From: Gemmataceae bacterium
GTDB taxonomy: Bacteria > Planctomycetota > Planctomycetia > Gemmatales > Gemmataceae
Length of the DNA: 64,000 nucleotides
Direction of reading: 5' to 3'
Assembly (NCBI GenBank): GCA_025055215.1
Contig: JANWYO010000143.1
Span: forward strand, 827-64,826
This document shows positions 9,404 through 20,003 of the stretch, piece after piece. The position numbers were made by a program, and so were the translations under genes. Each line of letters starts with the position of its first letter. Position 1 is the stretch's first letter. A model generated the notes under the pieces. The model saw nothing but the letters and a program-made list of their open reading frames with translations. It ran no database searches and had not been told where the DNA came from.

Positions 9404-10933
9404 TCATGGGGCGCTCGCGGCCTGCCGCTTAAGCCAGCGTTGCCAGGTCTGCCGCGCTTCCTGCGTCAGCCGAGAGTCCGGATTGCCTTGCGCCAAGAGT
9501 TCGAGGATGCGGCCGGCCTCGGGGGTATCCATTTGCTCCAAGGCCTCCAGGCAGCGTAAGGCTCGCAATTGCGTGGGCGACGGCACCGCCCGTTCCAAGG
9601 CGTCGAGGAGTCGGCCGATGCGCAAGGCCACTTCCAGCGAGGGTTCGCTGAGGAGGGTTTGCCGGAGGGCTTCTTCCGCCAGTTCGTCCATCTGCCGCAG
9701 CTGGGCCTGGGCCCGCTGCCGCACCATGAAACTTTCGTCATCCAGCTCGGCGATCAGCTTGGCGAGGCGGCGGCGGTCGATGGGCGGAACGGGCTTGAGG
9801 CGATCCTTGACATACGCAGAGGCCTGCTCCGGGTGGGCAGCCAAGGCCCAGATCGCCTGATGCGCTCGAAAGGCATCGAGATGAGCCAAGTCGGCCCAGA
9901 GCTGGTCGAGGTCCGGGGTGGGCACCGGCCCAACCGGGCCGGCGCCCGGCCGGGCAGGGCCCATCAGGTTCCAGACGACGACTTGGGTGTCCGAACTCCC
10001 CGAGACCAGCCGCTTGCCATCCGGGGCAAAGGCCACCGCCATGACGGCGTTCTGGTGGCCGGCGAAAAGACTTCGTTCCCGCCCCGTGGCGATTTCCCAC
10101 AACCGAACGCTGCGATCTTCGCCGGCGGTCGCCACCGTTCGGCCATTGGGGGAGACGGCGAGGTACTTGGCCCCGCCCGGGTGCTGGATGTGGCGTCGTT
10201 CCCGGCCGGTGGCCAGTTCCCACATCTTCACGCTTCGGTCCTGCCACCCCCCGGAGAGCAGCGACTTGCCATCGGGGGAGAAAACCACGGGCCAGATGGC
10301 CCCTTGGTGGGCGTCGATGCGGCGCAGCTCGCGGCCGGTCGCTACCTCCCAGACGCGGATAGTGCCATCTTTGCCGCCCGAGGCGAGGAGCTTACCGTCG
10401 GGGGAGAACGCCACGGGCCAGACGCCACCGTGATGTCCCAAAAATTGCCGAATCTCTTGGCCCGCCTCCACGTCCCAGAGTCGAACCGTTCCGTCTTCGC
10501 TCGCCGAGGCCACGAATCGGCCGTCCGGCGAGAAGGCGACGGCCCAAACCGGTCCTTGGTGGCCCACCAGCTGACGAAGTTCTTTCCCCGTGGCCGGATC
10601 CCAGATGTGAATTGCCCGCGCCTCGCTGACCGATGCCAGCAGTCGGCCATCGGGGGAAAAGCACACGCTCCAGACCTGGCCCGGAGCGCCGTCCAATGCC
10701 GCCAGTAGCTTCCCGGAAGTGACGTCCCAGAGGCGGATCGTCCTGCCCTGGCCAGCGCTGGCGACGCTTCGCCCGTCTGGGGCGAAGGCCACGGCCAAGA
10801 CCTGTTCGCCATGGTGGAACCGAGCCAATTCCAGGCTCGGTTCCGGTTTTTCCCCGGGTTGGGCCCCTCCTCGATTGGCCAGCAGGACGACCAGACACGC
10901 GGCCAGAAATCCCTTTCGGCACTGCCAAGACAT
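9404..10933 (-). CDS. WD40-repeat protein with N-terminal signal/anchor and C-terminal helical (HEAT-like) module
   Basis: Seven-plus repeats of the type GH.G.VW.VAFSPDG..LAS...D.T.RLWD. Start ATG 10933 (MSWQCRKGFLAACLVVLLA) follows GGAGGTG. ATG 10981 is possible. The C-terminus carries LIAELDDESFMVRQRA. Confidence 0.8.
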   Translation of the reverse strand: MSWQCRKGFLAACLVVLLANRGGAQPGEKPEPSLELARFHHGEQVLAVAFAPDGRSVASAGQGRTIRLWDVTSGKLLAALDGAPGQVWSVCFSPDGRLLASVSEARAIHIWDPATGKELRQLVGHQGPVWAVAFSPDGRFVASASEDGTVRLWDVEAGQEIRQFLGHHGGVWPVAFSPDGKLLASGGKDGTIRVWEVATGRELRRIDAHQGAIWPVVFSPDGKSLLSGGWQDRSVKMWELATGRERRHIQHPGGAKYLAVSPNGRTVATAGEDRSVRLWEIATGRERSLFAGHQNAVMAVAFAPDGKRLVSGSSDTQVVVWNLMGPARPGAGPVGPVPTPDLDQLWADLAHLDAFRAHQAIWALAAHPEQASAYVKDRLKPVPPIDRRRLAKLIAELDDESFMVRQRAQAQLRQMDELAEEALRQTLLSEPSLEVALRIGRLLDALERAVPSPTQLRALRCLEALEQMDTPEAGRILELLAQGNPDSRLTQEARQTWQRWLKRQAASAP

Positions 10934-11099
10934 GGGCCACCTCCATTTGGCCAAGTCAGCGCGTGGGAAGCGATGGGTCATGGCTTCTTCTCCGTTCCGA
11001 GGCCCCGCCTTGTCCGTAAGAGCGGAGCACTTTCCCGATTCTACCGAATTTCCTACCCCCTTGAATATGCCGATTTTGCCCTCAACCCCGGCCACTCAA

Positions 11100-11128
11100 T
11101 TGACAGTACGCGGCCAATCCCCTAAATT
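11100..11128 (+). promoter_or_regulatory. Sigma70-like promoter TTGACA-N17-TAAATT for the cimA leader
   Basis: Perfect -35 hexamer at 11100-11105, 17-nt spacer and a 4/6 -10 at 11123-11128, about 280 nt upstream of the cimA ATG. Confidence 0.45.
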
Positions 11129-11208
11129 TCATACGTTCGACCGAAACTCAGACCGGGCACGGCCGGTCGGCCTGCCCGGCCGGCGGGGAGTTGTCTTCGG
11201 AGCCGACG

Positions 11209-11292
11209 GTGACCGCGTTGCGGGCCCTGTTGCCGATCGCCATTACCGCGGCGCAGGGAGTGCGCCGGACCCAACTCGGGAGCATCGACTAG
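11209..11292 (+). promoter_or_regulatory. Candidate leader-peptide ORF (27 codons, MTALRALLPIAITAAQGVRRTQLGSID) in the cimA leader
   Basis: GGAG at 11199-11202, 6-nt spacer, GTG at 11209, TAG at 11290. Four Leu, three Ile and one Val. Uses TTG x2 and ATT, which I would expect to be low-usage codons at this GC content. Confidence 0.3.
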
Positions 11293-11339
11293 CGCGGCTT
11301 CAGGGACAATCTCCCGCTGGATGACGAGTGACAAAACCC

Positions 11340-11372
11340 AACCCTGGAGCGTGCAGGCTCCAGGGTTTTTTT
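11340..11372 (+). terminator. Intrinsic terminator / attenuator hairpin 37 nt upstream of cimA
   Basis: AACCCTGGAGC-GTGCAG-GCTCCAGGGTT followed by T7. No + strand gene ends upstream, so it lies inside the cimA 5' leader. Confidence 0.6.
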
Positions 11373-11408
11373 GTTGGGCGCGACGACACAGCCAAAGGCC
11401 GGACGACC

Positions 11409-12977
<1,569 letters not shown>

Positions 12978-13128
12978 CCGACGGAAGCTCAGCCCCCAAG
13001 GCCGTCCCCGCTCGGCAAACGCCCCCACGCTTCGGCGATGGAACAGAAGGCGGGTCCGGCCCCTCCGCGGGAAGTCGGGGCCCGATTGACGCCAAACTGA
13101 CCGCGGATGCGCGCCGGCGGCCCGCCCG

Positions 13129-13156
13129 GGCAGCCCGGCCGAAGGGCCGGGCTGCC
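13129..13156. terminator. Perfect 12-bp GC hairpin with GAAG loop between convergent cimA and czcA
   Basis: GGCAGCCCGGCC-GAAG-GGCCGGGCTGCC. No U-tract on either strand. Confidence 0.35.
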
Positions 13157-13247
13157 GGCCTGACTGCCGTCGCCGGCGAGACACCGCCCGTGACGGATGC
13201 GAACCGCGTCGTCTCGCATCGTCGCCTGTCCGGGGTGGTGTCCCGTT

Positions 13248-16200
13248 TCAGTGCCCCGTGGTCGAGGCGGATGGGATGGGCGTAACTTTCGGCGGCAGCA
13301 GGTAGTACAGCACCGGCAGGACGAAAAGGGTCAGCATCAGGGCACTGGACAGGCCCCAGACAATGACCGTAGCCAGCGGGCGTTGCACGTCGGAACCCAG
13401 CCCCGTGGCCAGCGAAGCCGGGAGCAGGCCGAAGATGGCCACGATGGCGGTCATCAGGATCGGCCGCAAGCGCTGTTGGGCGCCGGTCAGGATGGCCTCC
13501 TCCAGCTCCAGGCCCCCCTCCCGCAGCACGTTGATGCCACGAACCATCAGCACCCCGTCCATGATGGCAATGCCGAACAGGGCGCAGAACCCCACGCCCG
13601 TCGAGACGTTGATGTGCATGCCCCGAACGTCGAGGGCGAGCAACGCTCCAATGCACGCGAAGGGGATACCGGCCACCACCAGCACCGCCGCCCGGATCGA
13701 TCCGAACGTTACGACTAGCAGCCCCAGAACCAGGAGGGCGGTGATCGGGATCAGGAAGCCGAAATGGCGGCGGGCGCGATCCAGGTTCTCGAACATGCCC
13801 AGCCAAGCGACGCGATAGCCGGCCGGGAGGTCCGGGCGGACCTCGGCGTCGAACCGTTGCTGTGCTTCCTTGACGAAGCCGCCCTGGTCGCGGCCGACGA
13901 TGTCGCAGCGGACGGTAATGCGGCGGCGGCCCCCTTCCCGGGCGATGATCGTTTGGCCATCGACCAGATCAATCCGGGCAACCTGGCCCAGCGGCACCGG
14001 TTGCCCGTCGGTCGAATGGACGGGCAGCCGCCCGACGGCCACAGGGGAGTTGACCACCTCTCGATCAACTTTGACGGCGATCTCGAACCGGCGCTCTCCC
14101 TCGTAAAGGGTGCCTACCGATTGCCCCCCCAAGGCCACGTTGATCAACTCGGTGACGTCTTCGATGCGAACGTTGTGCCGGGCACACCGTTGGCGATCGG
14201 GGATGATGACCAGTTGCGGCTGAGGCCCCTCCTGCTCGATGTTCACGTCCTGGGCGCCGGGAATCTCGCGGAGCAGGTCCACGGTTCGTCGGGCCAGGGC
14301 GAGGAGCACGTCGGAATCAGCTCCGGAGAATTCGATCGCCAGGTTGGCCGACGTCCCGTTGGTGTCTTCGGTCACGCTGTCGATGATGGGCTGGGTGAAG
14401 TTGAAGCGGGTGGTGGGGAATTCCTCCCGCAAGCGTTTTCCGATGGCCGCCACCAGGTCGTGCTTAGTGCGGAACTGGGTCCACTGCTGTTTGGGCCGCG
14501 GGCCGATCATGATCTCCAGCCGGCTGGGCGGGAAAGGGTCGGTGCCGGAGTCGTTGCGGCCGGCCTGCACGGAGATGAAGCGCACGTCCGGGAACTCAAG
14601 CACCACTTCGCGGATTCGCCGACCATACTCGCTCGACTGGCGCAGGGACGTCCCCTCGGGAAAGTTGGCCCTTACCCAGATGACCCCCTCGTCGAGGTAG
14701 GGCAGGAACTCGACACCCAGCCGGGGAAGGAGGCGGAAGACCACTGCCGCCACGGCACAGCAGACGACGGCCAGTGTCAGCCAACGGCCGGCGATCAGCA
14801 CGCGCAGCCACCAGCTGTAAGCGGGCCGCGCCAGAGCCAAGAGCGGGTTTTCCCACTCGGTATAGCCGCGGCGGAAAATGACGGTAGCCAAGACCGGCAC
14901 CACAAACAGGGCGAACAGCAGCGACCCGAGCAAGGCGAAGACCATGGTCAGGGCCATCGGCCGAAACAGCAGCCCCTCGATGCTCGTCAAGGACAACAAC
15001 GGCAGGTAGGCCACCATGATGATGAGGACCGAAAAGAAGACCGGCCGCTCGATTTCTTGAGCGGCCGACAGCACCACCGCCGCCACGGGTCGGGGATCGC
15101 CGTGTTGCCGGGCTTCTCCCAGGCGGCGAGCGATGTGTTCGGCCATGATCACTGCCCCGTCTACGATGATGCCAAAGTCGATCGCCCCCACCGAGAGCAA
15201 GCCGATGGGGATGTCGCTGACGAACATCAGGATCAGGGCGAACAGCAGCGCGAAGGGGATGGTGAGGGCGACCAGGGCGGCCATCGCCGGCCGCCCTAGG
15301 AACAGCAGCAGCACCAGGACCACCAGGGTGATGCCCAACAAAACACTGTGGGCCACGGTGTGCAGCGTGGCGTCTACCAGGTGTTGGCGATCATAAAACG
15401 GGGCCACGCGGACGCCTGACGGCAGCACCGAGGCGTTCAGCTCTTCCACGGCCGCCGAGATCCCCGCCAGCACCCGCGACGGGTTCTCCCCCTTGCGCAG
15501 CAGCACGATCCCTTCGACCCCCTCGTCGCGATAGTCCTTGCTGAAGATCCCGGAGGGGGTCAGGTAGTCGAGGTCCACGGCGGCGACATCCCGCAGATAG
15601 ACGGGCGTGCCACCCACCGACTTGACGTACGTGTTCTCGATGTCCCGCAGGGTCTGGATCGAGCCACTGCCGCGGATGACGAACGACATGCTGCCGCGGG
15701 GAAGGACACTGCCGCCCGCCGAGGCATTGTTCGACTGGATGGCCTCGATGACGTCTTTGAGGGTCAGTCCAAAGCGGTCGAGATCGACGGGCCGAAAGGT
15801 GATGGCGAACTGTTTCTCCAGGCCGCCGAAGTTGGATACCTCCGCCACGCCCGGGACCCGCAGGAGCCGGGGGATCACCACCCAATCGTTCAGCTCCCGG
15901 AGATCCATCAGGTTGTAAGTGCCGTCGGACACCAGTTCGTAGCGATAAACTTCGCCGTAGGCGGTGGCCAGCGGCCCGAGTTCGGCCGTGGCCCCTTCCG
16001 GCAACTCGACGGCAGCCAGGTTCTCCTGCACGCGAGCCCGGGCCCAGTAGCTTTCCGTCCCCTCCTCGAAGATCAGTTGCACCACCGACAGGCCGAAAAT
16101 CGTCCGCGAGCGGATCGTCTCCACCCGGGGCACGGTCCGCATCGCCGTTTCGATGGGGATGGTGACTTGGCGCTCGACTTCCTCCGGCGCCCGGCCGGGG

Positions 16201-16358
16201 TAGACGGTGATCACCTGCACCATCTGCGCGGAGATGTCCGGGTAAGCGTCGATCGGCTGGCGGCGGAAGGCGTAAATGCCGGCCCCGCAGACGACCGCTA
16301 CCAGCACCAGAACGAGCCACCGCAGCCGCAAGGCCGCCTCAATTGCCGGGCCGGTCAT
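13248..16358 (-). CDS. czcA: RND efflux permease, CzcA/CusA (heavy-metal efflux) family
   Basis: 1036 aa. N-terminus has PIDAYPDISAQMVQVITVYPGRAPEEVE. 12-TM RND architecture. ATGA start/stop overlap with the adaptor gene. Confidence 0.85.
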   Translation of the reverse strand: MTGPAIEAALRLRWLVLVLVAVVCGAGIYAFRRQPIDAYPDISAQMVQVITVYPGRAPEEVERQVTIPIETAMRTVPRVETIRSRTIFGLSVVQLIFEEGTESYWARARVQENLAAVELPEGATAELGPLATAYGEVYRYELVSDGTYNLMDLRELNDWVVIPRLLRVPGVAEVSNFGGLEKQFAITFRPVDLDRFGLTLKDVIEAIQSNNASAGGSVLPRGSMSFVIRGSGSIQTLRDIENTYVKSVGGTPVYLRDVAAVDLDYLTPSGIFSKDYRDEGVEGIVLLRKGENPSRVLAGISAAVEELNASVLPSGVRVAPFYDRQHLVDATLHTVAHSVLLGITLVVLVLLLFLGRPAMAALVALTIPFALLFALILMFVSDIPIGLLSVGAIDFGIIVDGAVIMAEHIARRLGEARQHGDPRPVAAVVLSAAQEIERPVFFSVLIIMVAYLPLLSLTSIEGLLFRPMALTMVFALLGSLLFALFVVPVLATVIFRRGYTEWENPLLALARPAYSWWLRVLIAGRWLTLAVVCCAVAAVVFRLLPRLGVEFLPYLDEGVIWVRANFPEGTSLRQSSEYGRRIREVVLEFPDVRFISVQAGRNDSGTDPFPPSRLEIMIGPRPKQQWTQFRTKHDLVAAIGKRLREEFPTTRFNFTQPIIDSVTEDTNGTSANLAIEFSGADSDVLLALARRTVDLLREIPGAQDVNIEQEGPQPQLVIIPDRQRCARHNVRIEDVTELINVALGGQSVGTLYEGERRFEIAVKVDREVVNSPVAVGRLPVHSTDGQPVPLGQVARIDLVDGQTIIAREGGRRRITVRCDIVGRDQGGFVKEAQQRFDAEVRPDLPAGYRVAWLGMFENLDRARRHFGFLIPITALLVLGLLVVTFGSIRAAVLVVAGIPFACIGALLALDVRGMHINVSTGVGFCALFGIAIMDGVLMVRGINVLREGGLELEEAILTGAQQRLRPILMTAIVAIFGLLPASLATGLGSDVQRPLATVIVWGLSSALMLTLFVLPVLYYLLPPKVTPIPSASTTGH

Positions 16359-17560
16359 CGGCTGGCCTCCAGTTGCAGCAGCGACCGCACCACCAACGGC
16401 TTGAACAGGATCGCCCCTTTGCCGATCACCCGATCGCCCGACGCCAGCCCCTCGAGAATTTGGACGTCGCTATGGAACGGCTCGCCGACCTGGACTTCGT
16501 CGACCCGCCAAGTATGGTCGCCGGCCGCCACCAGCACGTAATCTGCCCGGCCGATGTGCAACACGGCATCGGCCGGAACCAGCAGGGCTTCCCGCGGGTC
16601 GGTGCCCAGCCCGATCTCCGCGAACATACCCGGCCGCAGCTTGTCCTCGGGGTCGTCGATGGTGAACAGCACCCGCAGCGACCGCCGCTCGGCCGACAAC
16701 ACCGGGGCAATGCTCTCGACTCGACCATAAAACCGCTCTTTCGGCAGGCCCAGAAACCGGGCCATGCAACCCTGGCCGACATGAACCAGGTTCAGCCGCC
16801 CCTCCGGCACGTCGGCCATCACGATGTCCACGTCCGAGGTTACGGAACGGAGCAACTCGATGCTCAGCCCGGCCTGTTGCAGCCGCCGGGCCTGGACGGC
16901 CTCCTCGCGACGGGCCACTCGCAGGGCCGTCTCCGCCTGATGGACCTCCTGCCGCCCTGTGATTTCCATCTGAATCAGATTGGCCCGCTCCGCCGTCAAG
17001 TCCTTGAGCGTCTCGGTCCCGGCCTCCACGAGCTTCTCCAACCGCTTCACCACCTCCAGTTGTGCTTCAAGTCGTGCCTTGGCCAAGAGCCGGGTCTGTT
17101 GCAGCTGCGTCTCCGCATAGGCGATGTCGGCCTGCGCCTTTTGCCAATCGGTGAAAGCCGTCAACGTATCGGCTGAGTCGAACTGCCAGAAGTCGCTCCC
17201 CTTGTCCCTCCCCGGCCGCAGGCTGGCGACGACTCGGCCCGTCACCGTCAGCATCGGTTCACTCAGCGTTGCCTTGCGGGTCACGACCACCTGCACCTTC
17301 TTGTCGAAGGGGCTCCCGGGGGCGACGTGGATCAGCCCCGGCCCGACGATCTTCACCACCTCGGTCGGTGGGGGAACGCGCTCGATCGGCTGGGCCGGGG
17401 GCTGCAACGGATTCACCAGGAGGTAGATGAGGAAGGCCACCGTGACTCCCACAGCTGCCACAAACTGTCCAATCGACCAGAGCCGCTCCCCCCGCCCCGG
17501 CCTGCTGGCGGCGGGAGTTCCCAGAGACGCCGACGAGACGGCCATCGGGGTGTGGTTCAT
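16355..17560 (-). CDS. RND efflux periplasmic adaptor (membrane fusion protein)
   Basis: N-terminal anchor, coiled-coil hairpin region (EAQLEVVKRLEKLVEAG) and beta-barrel C-terminus. 4-nt overlaps with both neighbours. Confidence 0.8.
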   Translation of the reverse strand: MNHTPMAVSSASLGTPAASRPGRGERLWSIGQFVAAVGVTVAFLIYLLVNPLQPPAQPIERVPPPTEVVKIVGPGLIHVAPGSPFDKKVQVVVTRKATLSEPMLTVTGRVVASLRPGRDKGSDFWQFDSADTLTAFTDWQKAQADIAYAETQLQQTRLLAKARLEAQLEVVKRLEKLVEAGTETLKDLTAERANLIQMEITGRQEVHQAETALRVARREEAVQARRLQQAGLSIELLRSVTSDVDIVMADVPEGRLNLVHVGQGCMARFLGLPKERFYGRVESIAPVLSAERRSLRVLFTIDDPEDKLRPGMFAEIGLGTDPREALLVPADAVLHIGRADYVLVAAGDHTWRVDEVQVGEPFHSDVQILEGLASGDRVIGKGAILFKPLVVRSLLQLEASR

Positions 17561-19071
17561 GGTGCGATCCTCCGGCCCAGGACGGCATTGTACCGCACGG
17601 CAGCTCGACCCAGGTTGGCCCGGCTTTCGATGAACAGTCGGTAGGTTTCGTGGTAATTCCGCTGGGCGTCGAGAACGTCGATCAACGGTCGGCCGCCTGC
17701 TTCGTAGGCCCGGTTCAAGTTGTCGCGCACTTGGCCCGCCAGCTTGAGCTGCTGCTCGGCCACGGCCTTGGCATTAGCCAAGGCCGTGCGCAAGTCGTTG
17801 TCGGCGCGGATCACCTCGGCCCGCAGGTCCACCAGCCCCGCTTGCAGCTCATACCGTTGCTGCACGGCGACGGAAGCCGCCTTCAGCCGGTTGCCCTGGT
17901 TGCGGTCAAACAGCGGCAGGCTCATCTCCAGTCCGACCCCCCAGGAATTGGCATCGGGGAAACCGATAGCTTGCCGCTGGAACTGGCGCGTGACCACGAA
18001 TTGGGGCGAGACCTCGGGATAGCCCTGCCGCCGCTCCGACTCGGCTTGCAGGTGGGCCTGGGCGACCCGCCGCCGCAAGGCTTCGATGTCGGGGCGATTC
18101 TGCACGGCAACCGACCACGCTTCCTCCAGGGGAAGCAACGCGGGAGTGCCGATGTCTTCGAGCGTCCCGCTGACGTCGAACGCCAGGTCCACATCGACGA
18201 AGCCCATCAACGCACGCAACCGGGCCTTGGCCGCCACCAGGGCGTTCTCGGCGTCGCGGACACTCTGTTCCGCGCGGAGGCGGTCGAGGCGAATGCGGCC
18301 CAGCTCCACCTGCGGACGACCGCCGCCGGCCACGGCCTTCTGCGTAATCTCCTCGATGCGGCGGAAGTTGGCCACGTCGCGATGAGCCAAGTCAAGCAGC
18401 GCTTTGGCTTCTAAGACATCATAGTAGGCTTCCGCCGACTCCAACACCCGCCGCCGCACGCGGTCGGCAAATTCCGCCTCGCTGGCCTGCACGCCGAGCG
18501 CCGCCGCTTGCATCGCCGCGGCCCGCTTGCCGAAGAGGAACCAGTCGATGCGGTACGATCCCCCGATGTCCAGCTGCGGCGGCCCCCCCTGCTTGTCCAC
18601 GGTAAACGGCCGGGTCAGCGGCAACAGCGTCTGCGCGATTTCCAGCGTCGGGTTCGGCCGCAGCGCGGCGGTCCAGGCATCGCCATACGCTTGATTGATG
18701 GCCTCAAACCCGGCCCGGAGTTGGGGGTCAGCCAATAAGGTCGCATTGATGATTTGATCGAGGGTCCAACCGCTTGGCGCTGTCGGCGCGTTCGCTCCCT
18801 CCAACGTCACAGGCCGGGGGGCCGCGAGGTCTTGCTCCCGTACCATGGGTGGCTCAGGTTCCTGATGCGCGACAAGCCTGATCGAGTTTTCTCCCGTGTC
18901 GCTGCTCGGTTGGTCACCGGGTACGGGAATGGGCGAGGATGAAACAAAGGCGATGTGGTCGCCAAGAAAGCTGACGTGGTGGTCTTGCGAAACGGAGCAA
19001 CCTGGCAGGGCGAGAATCAAGGCCCAGACCGCGCCGCAGGCCAAGTTCGTCCTTTTCTCCAGGTTGCCCAT
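17557..19071 (-). CDS. TolC/NodT-family outer-membrane efflux lipoprotein
   Basis: Lipobox LALPGC. Two OEP repeats. First gene of the 19071 to 13248 operon. Confidence 0.8.
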   Translation of the reverse strand: MGNLEKRTNLACGAVWALILALPGCSVSQDHHVSFLGDHIAFVSSSPIPVPGDQPSSDTGENSIRLVAHQEPEPPMVREQDLAAPRPVTLEGANAPTAPSGWTLDQIINATLLADPQLRAGFEAINQAYGDAWTAALRPNPTLEIAQTLLPLTRPFTVDKQGGPPQLDIGGSYRIDWFLFGKRAAAMQAAALGVQASEAEFADRVRRRVLESAEAYYDVLEAKALLDLAHRDVANFRRIEEITQKAVAGGGRPQVELGRIRLDRLRAEQSVRDAENALVAAKARLRALMGFVDVDLAFDVSGTLEDIGTPALLPLEEAWSVAVQNRPDIEALRRRVAQAHLQAESERRQGYPEVSPQFVVTRQFQRQAIGFPDANSWGVGLEMSLPLFDRNQGNRLKAASVAVQQRYELQAGLVDLRAEVIRADNDLRTALANAKAVAEQQLKLAGQVRDNLNRAYEAGGRPLIDVLDAQRNYHETYRLFIESRANLGRAAVRYNAVLGRRIAP

Positions 19072-19419
19072 GCTTCCTTCCCTGTCCGTGGGCGCGGCAT
19101 ATCCGCAGGCGCTCGACTGTAGAGACTATATCGGCCATGACGGATCGTTCGCGACACACTGCCGCCGCTTTTCGTCACTTGCTCACCACTGGTTCAAGGG
19201 CGTCTTCCCGAAAGCGCACTGATCCATTTTTGTCGCGACCTCGACGGTCGCCTCGGAAGACCCAGGTTGACGACCGTACCCAAACGAGGGACCGTCATTT
19301 GAGATTGGCCGCGGCCGGCGAGGAAAGCGGATTAAACACGGAGGAAACACCAAGAGCGACTTAGTTAACGACCACGGACAATCCCCCAGAGCGTCACTAA
19401 GGCGAACATGGTCGGCGAC

Positions 19420-19441
19420 GGGGTGGCCCATGGGCCACCCC
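19420..19441 (-). terminator. 22-nt perfect palindrome about 30 nt downstream of tRNA-Ser
   Basis: GGGGTGGCCCATGGGCCACCCC. No U-tract. Confidence 0.35.
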
Positions 19442-19473
19442 TGGAGAGTTGCTCGGACTGAATGAGGGAAGAC

Positions 19474-19558
19474 CGGAGGGAGAGGGATTCGAACCCTCGA
19501 TGGCTTTCGCCATGCCGGTTTTCAAGACCGGTGCAATCGGCCGCTCTGCCATCCCTCC
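19474..19558 (-). tRNA. tRNA-Ser (anticodon UGA), class II with long variable arm
   Basis: Reverse complement GGAGGGA..CCGGT-CTTGAAA-ACCGG..CATGGCGAAAGCCATC..GAGGG-TTCGAAT-CCCTC-TCCCTCC-G. 7-bp acceptor stem. CCA is not encoded. Confidence 0.9.
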
Positions 19559-19653
19559 AAGGTGTTGAAGGGCATCGTCAGGACGCTCTTCGCGCCCATT
19601 CTACCCGTTGGTCGAAAGGGAGTCTATTCGGTGTCGCAGGCAGGTGCGACCAT

Positions 19654-19860
19654 GTTTGGAGCGGGATTGACCGCTCTAAGCGGCGCTCTTTCCCCCTTCC
19701 GCCGATCCCTCGGTTCGCGCTGGCGATTGATCGGTTCGGGCTGACGATTGATCGGTTAGGGCTCGCAGTGTGCCCCGCGAGGCTCTCGCGGCGATCGAGC
19801 CAGCGCGGACCGATCAATTTGTCTCCGCCGCTGTCCCCCTGCCCCGGCGAAATCCAGTGG
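19654..19860 (+). repeat. Intergenic repeat family, copy 3 (central hairpin replaced by two tandem 21-mers)
   Basis: GTTTGGAGCGGGATTGACCGCTC..GCTCTTTCCCCC..GATCCCTCGGTTCGCGCTGG at the 5' end. CCAGCGCGGACCGATCAATTTGTCTCCGCCGCTGTCCCCCTGCCCCGGCGAAATCCAGTGG at the 3' end. Confidence 0.6.
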
Positions 19861-20003
19861 TACAAACTTCGGAGGCGGTCAACGGAGTCGGCGGGCCGTC
19901 GACCGCGGGCGTTGTCGCGAAGGGGAAGACGCATCACAATGAGAGGCGGAAGGCGACGCCACGAGTCCCTTTCAGGTCTCAGGTGAGTGCTCGCGGGGTG
20001 GTG

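Noticed and set aside
11236-11252. T-box riboswitch in the cimA leader (CAUUACCGCGG resembles the ..UACCGCG part of the T-box motif)
   Set aside because: The GGUGG part of the T-box consensus is absent, and I could not find a specifier loop or stem I. The leader-peptide attenuator model fits the sequence better.
19722-19763. Two directly tandem 21-nt repeats, considered as a possible CRISPR or minisatellite
   Set aside because: Only two units with no spacers, no cas genes, and embedded in a copy of the intergenic repeat family. Better explained as duplicated operator-like boxes.
19559-20003. Genomic island or integration site next to tRNA-Ser
   Set aside because: No integrase, no direct repeat of the tRNA 3' end, and no compositional break visible. 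The flanking genes look like ordinary chromosomal genes.
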